Below, one piece after another: positions 43,620-53,719 of a stretch of DNA of 64,000 nt. The stretch is taken from positions 1,760,001 to 1,824,000 of the forward strand of contig CP166615.1 in the NCBI GenBank assembly GCA_041937175.2, read 5' to 3'. The notes beneath the pieces are model-generated. The model was not told the origin of the DNA and made no database searches. It saw only the letters and a program-made list of their open reading frames with translations. This stretch comes from Limnothrix sp. BL-A-16 (lineage in GTDB: Bacteria; Cyanobacteriota; Cyanobacteriia; CACIAM-69d). Both the position numbers and the translations under genes were made by a program. Position 1 is the first letter of the stretch. Every line of letters begins with the position of its first letter.

Positions 43620-43897
43620 TGACTGTGACCGCTCGGGCCATGGGAAAATCTGGGTTAAGGGTGATCCGGATCGAGAGCGATCTGGATTGAGGATCGACCC
43701 CACCATTGCGAAGCACGATCGAGCGGCTCCGGGATCGAGGAACCGGGCCATAATGAAACTGAACCGGTTTAAGTCTCAGCCGATCGGGCAGTAGCCGCAC
43801 TTTGTGCAATTAAGCCCAAAACTTCTTGCTGCGGGCCCCTATTTCGGCACAAATCACGATTGATCTGGATTTTGCAATCACCGATCGGGAGGTGGCT

Positions 43898-46450
43898 ATG
43901 CGCGCAGTGTTAATGGCTGGTGGTTCTGGAACGCGCCTGCGCCCATTGACCTGTGACTTACCCAAGCCAATGGTTCCAATTTTGAACCGCCCGATCGCTG
44001 AACATATTATCAACCTGCTCAAGCGCCACGGCATTTTTGAAATCATCGCTACCCTGCATTATTTGCCCGATATTTTTCGGGACTATTTTCAGGATGGAGC
44101 AGATTTTGGGGTGCGCTTAAGCTATGCCGTTGAGGAAGATCAACCCCTTGGCACCGCCGGTTCCGTAAAAAATGTTGAAGAATGGCTCAGTAGCACGTTT
44201 TTGGTCATTAGCGGCGACAGCATCACGGACTTTAACCTACAGGCCGCGATTGACTTCCATCGCCAGAAACAATCGAAAGCAACCCTAGTGTTGACAAGGG
44301 TTCCCAACCCGATCGAGTTTGGGGCAGTGATTGTGGATGGGGATCAGCGCATTGTTCGCTTCCTAGAAAAACCATCAGCCAGCGAAATTTTTTCCGACAC
44401 GATCAACACGGGAATTTATATTCTCGAACCGGAAGTTTTGCGCTATTTAGACCGCAATCAGGAAGCAGATTTTTCCACAGATTTGTTTCCCTTACTTCTG
44501 GCCGAAGGAGAACCTATTTATGGCTACATTGCTGAGGGCTATTGGTGCGATGTGGGGCATTTAGACACCTACCGCGAAGCCCACTATGCTGCCCTTCACG
44601 GCAAGGTCAAACTGGACTTTGCCTATCAAATGATTTCGCCGGGTTTGTGGGTGGGTGAAAATACCGCGATCGACGATCGCGCCAAAATTTTGCCCCCTGT
44701 CTTAATTGGTCACAATTGCCGAATTGGCCCCCGCGCCACGATCGAATCCGGCACGGTGATTGGCGATAACGTCACGATCGGTGCTGAAGCGGATCTCAAG
44801 CGCCCCATCATTTGGAACGGGGCGATCATTGGCGAAGAAGCCCACCTCTACGCCTGCACGATCGCCCGAGGGGTGCGGATCGATCGCCGGGCCCGGGTGT
44901 TTGAAGGCGTGGCGATCGGCTCCCTGTCCATGGTGGGCGAAGAGTCCCAAATCAACAGCCTGGTGCGCGTTTGGCCCAGCAAGCACATTGAGTCGGGAGC
45001 CATCCTCAATCTGGATTTAATTTGGGGCCAAACCGCCCACCGCAACCTATTTGGTCAACGCGGCGTAGCTGGCTTAGCCAACATTGACATCACGCCAGAA
45101 TTTGCTGTCAAGCTGGGAGCCGCCTATGGTTCCACCCTGCAACCGGGCGCACAGGTGACCGTTTCGCGCGACCAACGCAGCATCTCGCGGATGGTGACGC
45201 GATCGTTCATTTCCGGCCTGATGTCCGTGGGGGTCAATGTCCAAAACCTGGAAGCCACGCCGATTCCCGTGGCTCGTAGCGTTGTGCCCACCTTGGGAGT
45301 GGTGGGCGGTGTGCATGTGCGCATTGATCCCGATCGCCCCGATCGCGCCGCCATTGAATTTTTTGACGACAAGGGGATTAACCTCTCCAAAGGCAAAGAG
45401 AAAAAAATCGAAGGGGCCTATTTCAAAGAAGATTTGCGCCGGGTTCAAATTGACGAAATTGGCGATGTTTTTTACCCCAGCCAAACCCTTGAAATCTACC
45501 GCAGTTGTTTTGAAAAACACCTCAACCTAGAGGCCATTCGCTACAGCAACGCCAAGGTGGTGGTGGACTATGCCTATTCTGTTTCTGGGGCGATTTTGCC
45601 CCAATTACTGAGTAAGTTTGGTTGCGAAGCGGTGGTGCTGAATGCCAGCTTGACCCAAATGGTGGCCGATGCCGATGGTCGAGAGGCCCTGTTGGTGCAG
45701 CTAGGCCGCGTGGTGGAAGCGATTTCCGCCACCTTTGGGGCCCAAATTTTGGCCAATGGGGAGCAGTTAATTTTGGCCGACGAGGCCGGTGGTCTGATTC
45801 GTGGGGAGGCACTCACGGCGTTGCTGGTGGAAGCAGTGTTGGCGGCCCATCCTCGATCGTCCGTGGTGGTTCCTGTACGGGCCTCCGGGGCGATCGAGCA
45901 AATTGCCCGCCGCCATGATGGCCGCGTCATCCGCACCAAATGTAATCCCACCGCCCTGATGGAAGCCTGTCGCGCTTATCCCAATGTGGTGCTCGGCGGC
46001 AGTGGAGATATGGGCTTCATTTTCCCAGAATTGCATCCGGGGTTTGATGCGATGTTCTGCGTTGCCAAACTGATTGAACTATTGGCCATTCAAGAGCGAA
46101 CCCTAGCGGATTTACGAGCCGATAGTTTGCCCCGTATCTATCACAAATACTTCACTGTTCGCTGTCCTTGGACGGTGAAGGGATCCCTAATGCGCCACTT
46201 AGTTGAATCCCACTCACCCAGCACCTTGGAAATGATTGATGGGGTTAAGGTGCACGATCGCGCGCGGGACAGTTGGATCCTGGTGCTGCCCGATGCCAGT
46301 GAACCCCTGGTGCATTTAATTGCCGATAGCCCTAGTCGAGAATGGGTAGAACTGACCCTGCGGGACTATCGCCAATTGGTGCAGGAATTCATTGCGCGCG
46401 ATCGGGGCATTGAAGAAGTCGTGGAGTTTGAAAACCGGGTTTTGGCCTAG
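43898..46450 (+). CDS. Mannose-1-phosphate guanylyltransferase-like NTP transferase fused to a phosphomannomutase-like domain
   Basis: GGAGG RBS; MAGGSGTRLRPLT..PKP, EKP, hexapeptide repeats, then PGM/PMM-like LFGQRGV... Confidence 0.92.
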   Translation: MRAVLMAGGSGTRLRPLTCDLPKPMVPILNRPIAEHIINLLKRHGIFEIIATLHYLPDIFRDYFQDGADFGVRLSYAVEEDQPLGTAGSVKNVEEWLSSTFLVISGDSITDFNLQAAIDFHRQKQSKATLVLTRVPNPIEFGAVIVDGDQRIVRFLEKPSASEIFSDTINTGIYILEPEVLRYLDRNQEADFSTDLFPLLLAEGEPIYGYIAEGYWCDVGHLDTYREAHYAALHGKVKLDFAYQMISPGLWVGENTAIDDRAKILPPVLIGHNCRIGPRATIESGTVIGDNVTIGAEADLKRPIIWNGAIIGEEAHLYACTIARGVRIDRRARVFEGVAIGSLSMVGEESQINSLVRVWPSKHIESGAILNLDLIWGQTAHRNLFGQRGVAGLANIDITPEFAVKLGAAYGSTLQPGAQVTVSRDQRSISRMVTRSFISGLMSVGVNVQNLEATPIPVARSVVPTLGVVGGVHVRIDPDRPDRAAIEFFDDKGINLSKGKEKKIEGAYFKEDLRRVQIDEIGDVFYPSQTLEIYRSCFEKHLNLEAIRYSNAKVVVDYAYSVSGAILPQLLSKFGCEAVVLNASLTQMVADADGREALLVQLGRVVEAISATFGAQILANGEQLILADEAGGLIRGEALTALLVEAVLAAHPRSSVVVPVRASGAIEQIARRHDGRVIRTKCNPTALMEACRAYPNVVLGGSGDMGFIFPELHPGFDAMFCVAKLIELLAIQERTLADLRADSLPRIYHKYFTVRCPWTVKGSLMRHLVESHSPSTLEMIDGVKVHDRARDSWILVLPDASEPLVHLIADSPSREWVELTLRDYRQLVQEFIARDRGIEEVVEFENRVLA

Positions 46451-46469
46451 CGCATTTTCGCTCAACTTG

Positions 46470-46785
46470 TAGTAGCGCGGCTGCCTTAATTGATTGGGTT
46501 AAAGTTGCGGAGTCAGTCGTTGTAACAAGGGGCCTAGGGGATGTCGCCATTTTTCAAGGTGATGCTGAAACGGTTGATTTTCCATGTCCTAATCGTCGTA
46601 ACAAGATGCTCAAGCCCCTTGTCCCCCACGATCCGCTAACGGCAGATCTCCCCACGATCCGCTAACGGCAGATCTAGGGTTTCGGGTTCAACAATGACAA
46701 ACCCTAAGCCCCTTGCCACCTAACGATCAGGTCACGACAACCATCATTTGACTTGACCGATCAAAATCAGCTTGCCGCGCTAGTA
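46470..46785 (-). mobile_element. MITE family C, copy 2, interrupted by a family B element
   Basis: Ends TAGTAGCGCGGC / GCCGCGCTAGTA; both arms align to 14897-15054 reversed; palindrome split into ACAAGGGGCC-TA (46525-46536) and TA-AGCCCCTTG (46705-46715). Confidence 0.75.
46537..46704 (+). mobile_element. MITE family B, copy 3 (nested in family C)
   Basis: TA-flanked; ends GGGGATGTCGCCATT / AATGACAAACCC; internal palindrome variant 46601-46622 and a 26-bp tandem duplication. Confidence 0.72.
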
Positions 46786-47114
46786 GGGTGGGCAATGTCC
46801 ACCTGCAACTCATTTCTCAACGACTCTGATCGCCCTTTGGGAGAGAGGAATCAGCAACTTGGGGATAGATGTTGCCTTGGCTAGGGAGTCGTGAACAATG
46901 CTCACCCTAATAGCTGGATCTTGGCTGAAATCTTGATTCAGGCCTTGGCTGCGGCCAGCCCTCCGCAGCTCCTGCCACAACCCAAGTAACAATTAATACA
47001 AACAAATCACTGGAATTGGGATTCCACCCAGAAACCGGTAGCATTCCGTAGCATTCAGTCGCCACCAAACTCGGCACAATCGAGTATTCTGTGAATGACT
47101 CTCGCGATCACCCC

Positions 47115-47822
47115 ATGGAAGACCGTCCCACCTCCCGTGACACCCATGCGGACATTGAGCGGCTCATTGAATCGGCTCCGTTTTTTCGGGCGCTGCCGCG
47201 TGATGCCGTCGAGTTAGCTACTGCCCACGTTGTCACCCGCACCCATCCATCGAACCAAGTCATTCTGTTGGAAAATGACTGGGGCGGTTCGGTGTACTTC
47301 ATCTTGGAAGGTTGGGTCAAAATCCGCACCTACAACCTGGAAGGCAAGGAAGTAACCCTGAACATTCTGGGTCGTGGTGAAATTTTTGGCGAAATGGCGG
47401 CCCTCGATGAAGTGCCCCGATCGACCGATGCCATTACCTTGGCCCCCACCACCATCGGTAGCATTCCCGCCCAGGACTTCATCACCCTGGTGGAAACGGA
47501 ACCCCAGGCGGGCATCAAGTTGGCCCAACTGATGGGGCGGCGGTTGCGCCAGGTGAACCGGCGGTTGCGATTGCGGGAATCCGACAGCGTATCGCGGGTG
47601 GCCGATATTTTGATGTTTTTGGCGGAGGGCCAGGGCCGCAGCAGCGATCGGGGCGTGGAAATTCCCAACTTGCCCCATCGCGAACTGAGCAGCCTCAGTG
47701 GCCTGGCCCGCGAAACCGTCACCCGGGTGCTGACCAAGCTGGAAAAAAAGAGCCTGATTGAACGGGATGGGGATGTGCTGCGAATCCCCAGTTTGAACGC
47801 TTTGGAGCGCACCATTTGCTAG
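47115..47822 (+). CDS. crp: Crp/Fnr-family cAMP receptor-type transcription factor
   Basis: FGEMA..DEVPRST cNMP pocket and GLARETVTRVL HTH. Alternative GTG start at 47091. Confidence 0.88.
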   Translation: MEDRPTSRDTHADIERLIESAPFFRALPRDAVELATAHVVTRTHPSNQVILLENDWGGSVYFILEGWVKIRTYNLEGKEVTLNILGRGEIFGEMAALDEVPRSTDAITLAPTTIGSIPAQDFITLVETEPQAGIKLAQLMGRRLRQVNRRLRLRESDSVSRVADILMFLAEGQGRSSDRGVEIPNLPHRELSSLSGLARETVTRVLTKLEKKSLIERDGDVLRIPSLNALERTIC

Positions 47823-47884
47823 GTTGGTCGCGCCACGGGCTAGCCGAAACCGCGGCCGGAGATCCGCCCCCGATCGCCCCGGCC

Positions 47885-49072
47885 ATGGCCCAGGCCTTGC
47901 ACGATCGCCTGGCGGCCGCCGGGGGCCAAATTACCTTTGCCGACTACATGGCCCTGGTGTTGTATGACCCCCAGGTGGGCTACTACGCGGGATCGGGCGA
48001 TCGGGTTGGCATTGGCCCCCAGGGCGATTTTGTCACCTCGCCCCACCTCTGCCCCGATTTTGCGGAACTTTTAGCGGATCAGGTGGCCGAATGTTGGGCG
48101 CGGCTGGGTTGCCCGCCTGCCTTTGACCTGGTGGAAATGGGAGCCGGCCAGGGAGTGATGGCGGCGGATTTGCTCACCCATTTGCAAACGGCCCATCCAG
48201 ACTGTTGGGCCGCCACGACCTATCGAATTGTGGAAATTTCGCCAGCCCTCAGGGCAGTGCAGCGATCGCGCTTGGCGGCTTGTCCAGCGGCGGGCGATCG
48301 GGTCGTTTGGTCTACCTGGGAGACGATCGCCCCCAATTCGATCATGGGCTGCTTTTTATCCAATGAATTGGTGGATGCTTTCCCTGTTCATCGGGTGATC
48401 TGGCAAGGGGGGCAGCTCCAAGAATGTTACGTCACCGCCTCGGAAGGACATCTGAGCGATCGCGTGGGGCCCCTGTCCACGGAGCGGCTAGCCACCTATT
48501 TTCAGACCCTCAACATTGACTTTGCCCGGGGTGCTTATCCCGAGGGCTATTGCACCGAGGTGAACTTGGCGGCGTTGGACTGGCTGGCAACCTTGGCCGA
48601 GCGGCTGCGATCGGGCTATCTGCTCACCATTGACTACGGCTACGAGGCCCAGCGGTTTTACCACCCCAGTCGATCGGGCGGCACGCTCCAGTGTTACACC
48701 CGCCACGCCCACCACAACGACCCCTACTGGTTGCCAGGCCAGCAGGACTTGACGGCCCACGTGGACTTCAGCGCCCTGCAACATTGGGGCGAACAGCAGG
48801 GCCTGCAAACCCTGGGATTCACGCGCCAAAGTTTGTTTTTAATGGCCCTTGGCTTGGGCGATCGATTGATGGCCCTCAGCCAGGGCGGGGCGATCGCCCA
48901 GACGATGGATTTTCAGAAAATTTTGCATCGTCGGGATGTGTTGCACCGCCTCATCGATCCCACGGGTCTCGGCAACTTTGGGGTTCTAATTCAGGGTAAG
49001 AACCTGCCACCGGAGGCGATCAATCCTCCCCTCAAAGGCCTGCAAGAACCCATGGGTCTGGGCTTTGTCTAG
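47885..49072 (+). CDS. MidA/NDUFAF7-family SAM-dependent methyltransferase
   Basis: GYY, GDFVTSP, VEMGAGQG, SNELVDAFP, IDYG, QDLTAHVDF. Confidence 0.92.
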   Translation: MAQALHDRLAAAGGQITFADYMALVLYDPQVGYYAGSGDRVGIGPQGDFVTSPHLCPDFAELLADQVAECWARLGCPPAFDLVEMGAGQGVMAADLLTHLQTAHPDCWAATTYRIVEISPALRAVQRSRLAACPAAGDRVVWSTWETIAPNSIMGCFLSNELVDAFPVHRVIWQGGQLQECYVTASEGHLSDRVGPLSTERLATYFQTLNIDFARGAYPEGYCTEVNLAALDWLATLAERLRSGYLLTIDYGYEAQRFYHPSRSGGTLQCYTRHAHHNDPYWLPGQQDLTAHVDFSALQHWGEQQGLQTLGFTRQSLFLMALGLGDRLMALSQGGAIAQTMDFQKILHRRDVLHRLIDPTGLGNFGVLIQGKNLPPEAINPPLKGLQEPMGLGFV

Positions 49073-49223
49073 GGGGAATCTCCAGCCCGATCGCCCGGTT
49101 CCAGCACCGCTTGTCCAGTGGCCGACTACAATCAAGAATGCCGTCCTTTTGGGGCGGGGTTATCAGATCCCGTAATTTTCTAACGAAAAACGGATTCAAT
49201 CTTCATTCCTTTGAACAGCAACC

Positions 49224-49475
49224 ATGGTCACGCCCGATCGCATCACAACTGCCATCAAGGCCACCCTGCCCGACGCAGAAATTCAGCTTGCGGGTGACGG
49301 CGACCACTACGAGGCGATCGTTGTCTCTGCGGCCTTCGCGGGCAAAAGCCGTGTCCAGCAACACCAACTGGTCTATGGCGCACTGAATGACGATCTCCGC
49401 AGCGGAGCGCTTCATGCCCTTGCCCTCAAGACCTTTACCCCCGAAAGCTGGGCCGCACAACAAGCCACCGCTTAG
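49224..49475 (+). CDS. bolA: BolA-family protein
   Basis: [28 protein letters not shown]. Confidence 0.95.
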   Translation: MVTPDRITTAIKATLPDAEIQLAGDGDHYEAIVVSAAFAGKSRVQQHQLVYGALNDDLRSGALHALALKTFTPESWAAQQATA

Positions 49476-49720
49476 GGGCCTCAACCGGGGCCAAACATCA
49501 GCAGTTCCTGAGAACGAAGAACCTCTAGAAACCAAAAGTTTCTGGAAAATGGCCCAGTGAAGATGCTGAAAGCGTCAAAAAAAGGCAAAAATTAGCCAAA
49601 ATTGGCCAGGATGAATCCTTGGCTGTTTCATCTCAATCACCAAGGCAAGGAGCCGCAGTTCCTTGTTTTGTTCTAACTTTGTCCTAACCACGTCCACTAT
49701 TACGATCGCGGATAGCCACC

Positions 49721-50044
49721 ATGACCCCTGAAACGAAACAACGCATCGAAAGCTTGGTGCAGAACAACAAAGTGATGCTGTTTATGAAGGGCACAAAATT
49801 GATGCCCATGTGCGGCTTTTCGAACACTGTGGTGCAAGTTCTGAATGCGGTGGGTGTGCCCTTCGAGTCTGTGAATGTTCTGGATGAGCCAGAAATTCGG
49901 GAAGGCATCAAGGAGTTTTCTAACTGGCAGACTATTCCGCAACTTTACATCGATGGCAAATTTATCGGCGGTGCGGATATCACCGTTGAGATGTACCAAA
50001 GCGGTGAGCTACAACAACTGTTGGAAGTCGCAATTGCTTCTTAA
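49721..50044 (+). CDS. grxD: Monothiol glutaredoxin (Grx4)
   Basis: FMKG..PMCGFS, WQTIPQLY, GGAD. Confidence 0.96.
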   Translation: MTPETKQRIESLVQNNKVMLFMKGTKLMPMCGFSNTVVQVLNAVGVPFESVNVLDEPEIREGIKEFSNWQTIPQLYIDGKFIGGADITVEMYQSGELQQLLEVAIAS

Positions 50045-50094
50045 ATGAAGCCTAAAAAGCATCTTGAAGCCATTGCCTTCTAGTCATTTTGGGG

Positions 50095-50164
50095 GCAAGG
50101 GGCTTAAGCCCCTTGTCTTCGTTATAAGCCCCTTGTCTTCGTTATAAGCCCCTTGTTTTCGTTA
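50095..50164. repeat. 22-bp palindrome with its right arm triplicated in tandem (20-bp unit)
   Basis: TAAGCCCCTTGT(C/T)TTCGTTA x3 at 50105-50164. Confidence 0.9.
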
Positions 50165-50202
50165 ATTGATTAGGCAACTTACCCATTCCCATTCCTAACT
50201 CC

Positions 50203-50766
50203 ATGACCCTCCATCCCCTGATGTTTGCCATTTTTGGCCTGTCGTTGGATACGATTTTCTCTACCCAAGGCATCATGGTGCTGCTGTTGATGGCCTATGG
50301 GGGAGCCATGTGGATGTTTCTGTCCAGCGCGCCCAAGGTTCACACCATCATGGTGTCGGATTTGGAAATTGCCCGACAGTTCTATGAGGGAGATTTGGAA
50401 TTGGCAATGGCGGATGTGCCCTTGCAGTATTACTACAATTACGAACAAACCCTCGGGGCTACCGCGATCGACCCGCTTTATATGGCTCCCAGTACCTTTG
50501 CGCGCGTCGCCAACCCAGCTCCCTTGCCCGATGGTTTGTGGTATCAACTCAAAAAGAATGTGCAGCTCCATGTGATTGCTGGAGCCAGTTTGGGCGATCG
50601 CAACCATCAGCGCCACGTTTGTTTTGATCGCGACTGTCTAGAACAAATTTTGCTGCGAGTTCAGGTGCGAGGAATTCGGCACAAGATCCGCCAGGAGTTA
50701 CCGCTCAATTTCCTGGTCAAGGATTGGTCGGGTCGCACCTTGGAATTAACCGAAGCGAATCAGTAA
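50203..50766 (+). CDS. Membrane-anchored glyoxalase/VOC-like protein
   Basis: N-terminal TM; VHTIMVSDLEIARQFYEG, RHVCF, VKDWSGRTLE. Confidence 0.8.
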   Translation: MTLHPLMFAIFGLSLDTIFSTQGIMVLLLMAYGGAMWMFLSSAPKVHTIMVSDLEIARQFYEGDLELAMADVPLQYYYNYEQTLGATAIDPLYMAPSTFARVANPAPLPDGLWYQLKKNVQLHVIAGASLGDRNHQRHVCFDRDCLEQILLRVQVRGIRHKIRQELPLNFLVKDWSGRTLELTEANQ

Positions 50767-50788
50767 CCTCAAGGGCGATCGCTCGACC

Positions 50789-51733
50789 TTAAGGAACCGG
50801 AACGAGCGGTGTGGATGAATGCTGAATCGAGGGGGGCTGCCCAAGCCAGGCCTCAGCAGCATCGATCGCCCCGGTGCGATCGACCCAAACGGAAGCGGCC
50901 CGGGTCACTTGCCCGGCCAGCAATTCCACCCACACAAAATGGTGTAGCCGTCCCCGATCGTGCTCCCGAATTCGGGGAACCACCGCCGCGTTCACATACA
51001 CCGTTCCCTGGGCATCGCTAGCCGTGGCTTGCCGCAATCGATCCTTGCGGTGGCGCAGGTGGTGGTGCATGTGGCCAAAGGTAACCAAAGCCACCTGTTG
51101 ATGGCGCTGTTGGGCGATGCGGATGGCTTGGCGCAGGTCAGGATCGCCAAAATCGCCGCCGAGGGGTTGCCAATCGCGCCCACAAATTGACTCCGGTTGA
51201 TCCCCAAGCCCATGGGGGCCGTTATGGCCCAGAAAAATGAGAGTGGGTTGGGTGGCGCGGGCCGCCGCTTGGGCAATTCGATCGGCCGAGTCCATCATGC
51301 CCCTCACGGCAAAGCGATCGCGGTAAAACTCTCCATAGCTCCAGTTTGGGCCGCCCCAGCTAAAGGGTCGCCCCCCAATCACACTCAACCCCAACTCCGG
51401 CCAGTCCAGGCAACCGTAGCCCACATGGGCCACCCCCAACAGATCCAGTTGCTCCTGCACTCGGTCTTCGCGGCTGCGATCGTAGGGACATTTTTTGCGG
51501 CCCCAAGGAGTCGCGCTATACCAAGAATCATGGTTGCCCAAAATCACCGCTTTCGGCAAAGGCAACGCCGCGATCGCTCGGGTAATTTCCACCGCTTCGT
51601 TGCCAAAATCACCCACAAACAACGCCGCATCAACGCCTAGACCTTGGAGAGCGTGGGCATCGTCAGCCGTCCACTGGTCATGGACATCGCCAATGATGGC
51701 GAGATGGATCGGGCGGGAGGCAGCGGCGGTCAT
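50789..51733 (-). CDS. Calcineurin-like metallophosphoesterase
   Basis: GDVH, GDFG, GNHD, GHNGP and GHMH motifs. Confidence 0.9.
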   Translation of the reverse strand: MTAAASRPIHLAIIGDVHDQWTADDAHALQGLGVDAALFVGDFGNEAVEITRAIAALPLPKAVILGNHDSWYSATPWGRKKCPYDRSREDRVQEQLDLLGVAHVGYGCLDWPELGLSVIGGRPFSWGGPNWSYGEFYRDRFAVRGMMDSADRIAQAAARATQPTLIFLGHNGPHGLGDQPESICGRDWQPLGGDFGDPDLRQAIRIAQQRHQQVALVTFGHMHHHLRHRKDRLRQATASDAQGTVYVNAAVVPRIREHDRGRLHHFVWVELLAGQVTRAASVWVDRTGAIDAAEAWLGQPPSIQHSSTPLVPVP

Positions 51734-51837
51734 GGCGATTTTAGAGATGCTATTTAGTTAAAACGTCAAGGAAGTGAAAGCGTTGAAGAAGTGAAAGCGT
51801 TAAAGATACTATTTAGAAATACCCTTGCAAATGACCT

Positions 51838-52659
51838 TTAGAAATCCGAAAGACGGTCTAATAGGGCAGCGATCGGGGCGCGATCGAACGCTTGTGGCTT
51901 TGCTTCCAAATAGGCTTGCAAATCGGCTCGGGCTTCGGTAAATCGCTCCAATTGGTAATACAACAGTCCCCGATCGCGCCGCTCCTGGATCGCGTCGGGA
52001 AAGATCAACAGAATTTGCTCAATCACTCGGGCCGCACGGATCGGATCCTGTTGGCTGATATAGATCGCCTTGAGGTTGGTCAGCATTCTCACCAGGAAAC
52101 GATGCGGATCCACCGGTTCCAGAAATTGAGGTTTGAGGGCCACCGGTTGCCCATAAATGCTACTGAGGCGATCGGCACAATCCTGCGGAAACAGAATTTC
52201 GCCCTGGGCAAAGGCATCCACAAAAATTCCCGCCTCCTCAAAGTCTGGGCGGATGATAAAGTGGCCCGGCATTCCAATGCCAACCATGGGGAAATTCAGC
52301 CGCTTCGCAACTTCTAAATAAACTAATGAAAGGGTGATGGGAATTCCCAAACGGCGATCCAACACCTCATTAAAAAAGCTATTGCGTGGATCGTAATAAT
52401 CCGCTTGATTGCCGCTGAATTTTAACTCTGTGAATAGGTATTGATTAATTGCTCGAATTACCCGCATGGGAACCCGATCGCCCGCCAGTCGATCGCCCAC
52501 CACTGCCGCCATCTGATCCAGTTGGTTTAAATAGGATTCCACCGCCAGGCCCGGGTAGTCTTCTTGGGCAAGGTAAAGGGCCGCTCGGGCTAGGTCAATT
52601 TGCTCGATCGGCCGTCGAACTTCTTGCAAAAAAGCCTGTCGAGCTTGGGAAAATTCCAT
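51838..52659 (-). CDS. SirB1-family protein (transglutaminase-like plus TPR)
   Basis: GN..DYYDPRNSF..VL.RRLGIPITL, GMPGHF, RMLTNLK, ERRDRGL. Confidence 0.9.
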   Translation of the reverse strand: MEFSQARQAFLQEVRRPIEQIDLARAALYLAQEDYPGLAVESYLNQLDQMAAVVGDRLAGDRVPMRVIRAINQYLFTELKFSGNQADYYDPRNSFFNEVLDRRLGIPITLSLVYLEVAKRLNFPMVGIGMPGHFIIRPDFEEAGIFVDAFAQGEILFPQDCADRLSSIYGQPVALKPQFLEPVDPHRFLVRMLTNLKAIYISQQDPIRAARVIEQILLIFPDAIQERRDRGLLYYQLERFTEARADLQAYLEAKPQAFDRAPIAALLDRLSDF

Positions 52660-52733
52660 CGGGGCGATCGTCGCTAAAGGGCAGAATTGAGAACTTAAGG
52701 CCAGCAAAACCCGAAACAGGCAAAACCCAGAAA

Positions 52734-53528
52734 TCAAAATAATAACGGAATTAGAAAAGAACCAACACCGCGCACAAAATCCAACACCGAAATTCCCAGC
52801 CCGTTGCCATTGGACTGTTCACGGCTGCCCTTTTTGACATAGCGCTCCAGTTCGTCGGAAAACTTTTCCGCCAAAGCCTGTTGATCGGGATTGTTGGCCT
52901 GGGCAAAGAGCTGGGCCGCCACCCGCCCGTCCCCGATCGCCCCGCCATAGTCCGCCAAGTGCGATCGCGCCACCGCCCGGTTTAGGTAAGCCTCGGCAAA
53001 TTGCGGATCCTGGGCGATCGCCTGGTTGTAGTGATTAATCGCCCCGGCGAAATTGCGTCGATCAGCCTCATACACGCCCCAGTTAAAACGCTCACGCGGC
53101 GTGGCCACCTCGATCGGCAACCCCACGGCCCCAATCACAAGGGCTTGGGTCATGGTGGCCCCGCTCAGATCGGCCCCAAAGAAAACCGCCTCCCGCAGAT
53201 CCGTGCTCACCAAATTGGCATTGGTTAACTGAGCATTGGTTAACGTGGCTCCAAACAGGGTGGCGCTCTGCAAATTTGCGCCGCTCAAGTTAGCCTGGCT
53301 GAGGTTGGCACGGCTCAGATTTGCGCCCCGTAGGTCAGCCCCCATCAGGTTTGCGCCGCTCAAGTTGGCATAAACCAGGCTGGCCCCCGTCAAATCGCAT
53401 TGCACACATTGCCGCGTGAGCAAGAGCGTCTGCACATGTTCTGGATTGGCCCCATAACTCGCAGGACTGGCCAGCACCGTCAGTCCCAATGCCCAGCCCA
53501 GCCCAAGCAGTCCACGCCCAGCTTCCAT
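52734..53528 (-). CDS. Pentapeptide-repeat protein with TPR and signal peptide
   Basis: Signal peptide, CVQCDL, A(N/D)L.G repeats, C-terminal TPR. Confidence 0.88.
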   Translation of the reverse strand: MEAGRGLLGLGWALGLTVLASPASYGANPEHVQTLLLTRQCVQCDLTGASLVYANLSGANLMGADLRGANLSRANLSQANLSGANLQSATLFGATLTNAQLTNANLVSTDLREAVFFGADLSGATMTQALVIGAVGLPIEVATPRERFNWGVYEADRRNFAGAINHYNQAIAQDPQFAEAYLNRAVARSHLADYGGAIGDGRVAAQLFAQANNPDQQALAEKFSDELERYVKKGSREQSNGNGLGISVLDFVRGVGSFLIPLLF

Positions 53529-53691
53529 GACGGCTTTCTCCTTGCTCTTATGCCGACACCCTATCTTAGAGGATGTTTCAAGCGTCCGAATTGATCGTTC
53601 AAGCTGATCGATCGGCCGATCAGTCCAGCCCAACGGATCGGCCGATGAACCCTTGCCCCATTGGCTTCAACTGAAGACCGAGAAAATCCGG

Positions 53692-53719
53692 GTAGGGGCG
53701 TACGGCCGTACGCCCCTAC
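53692..53719. repeat. Perfect 28-bp GTAG-type REP palindrome
   Basis: GTAGGGGCGTACGG|CCGTACGCCCCTAC. Confidence 0.85.

Noticed and set aside
46889..46908. Possible CRP site upstream of crp
   Set aside because: GTGA-N7-TCAC spacing does not fit TGTGA-N6-TCACA.
50095..50164. Possible mini CRISPR array
   Set aside because: The 20-bp units are contiguous with no unique spacers, and there are no cas genes. It is a tandem triplication of the palindrome arm.
53566..53585. TTA-GAGGATGTTTCAAG resembling a family A end
   Set aside because: No partner end or element body found; at most a remnant.
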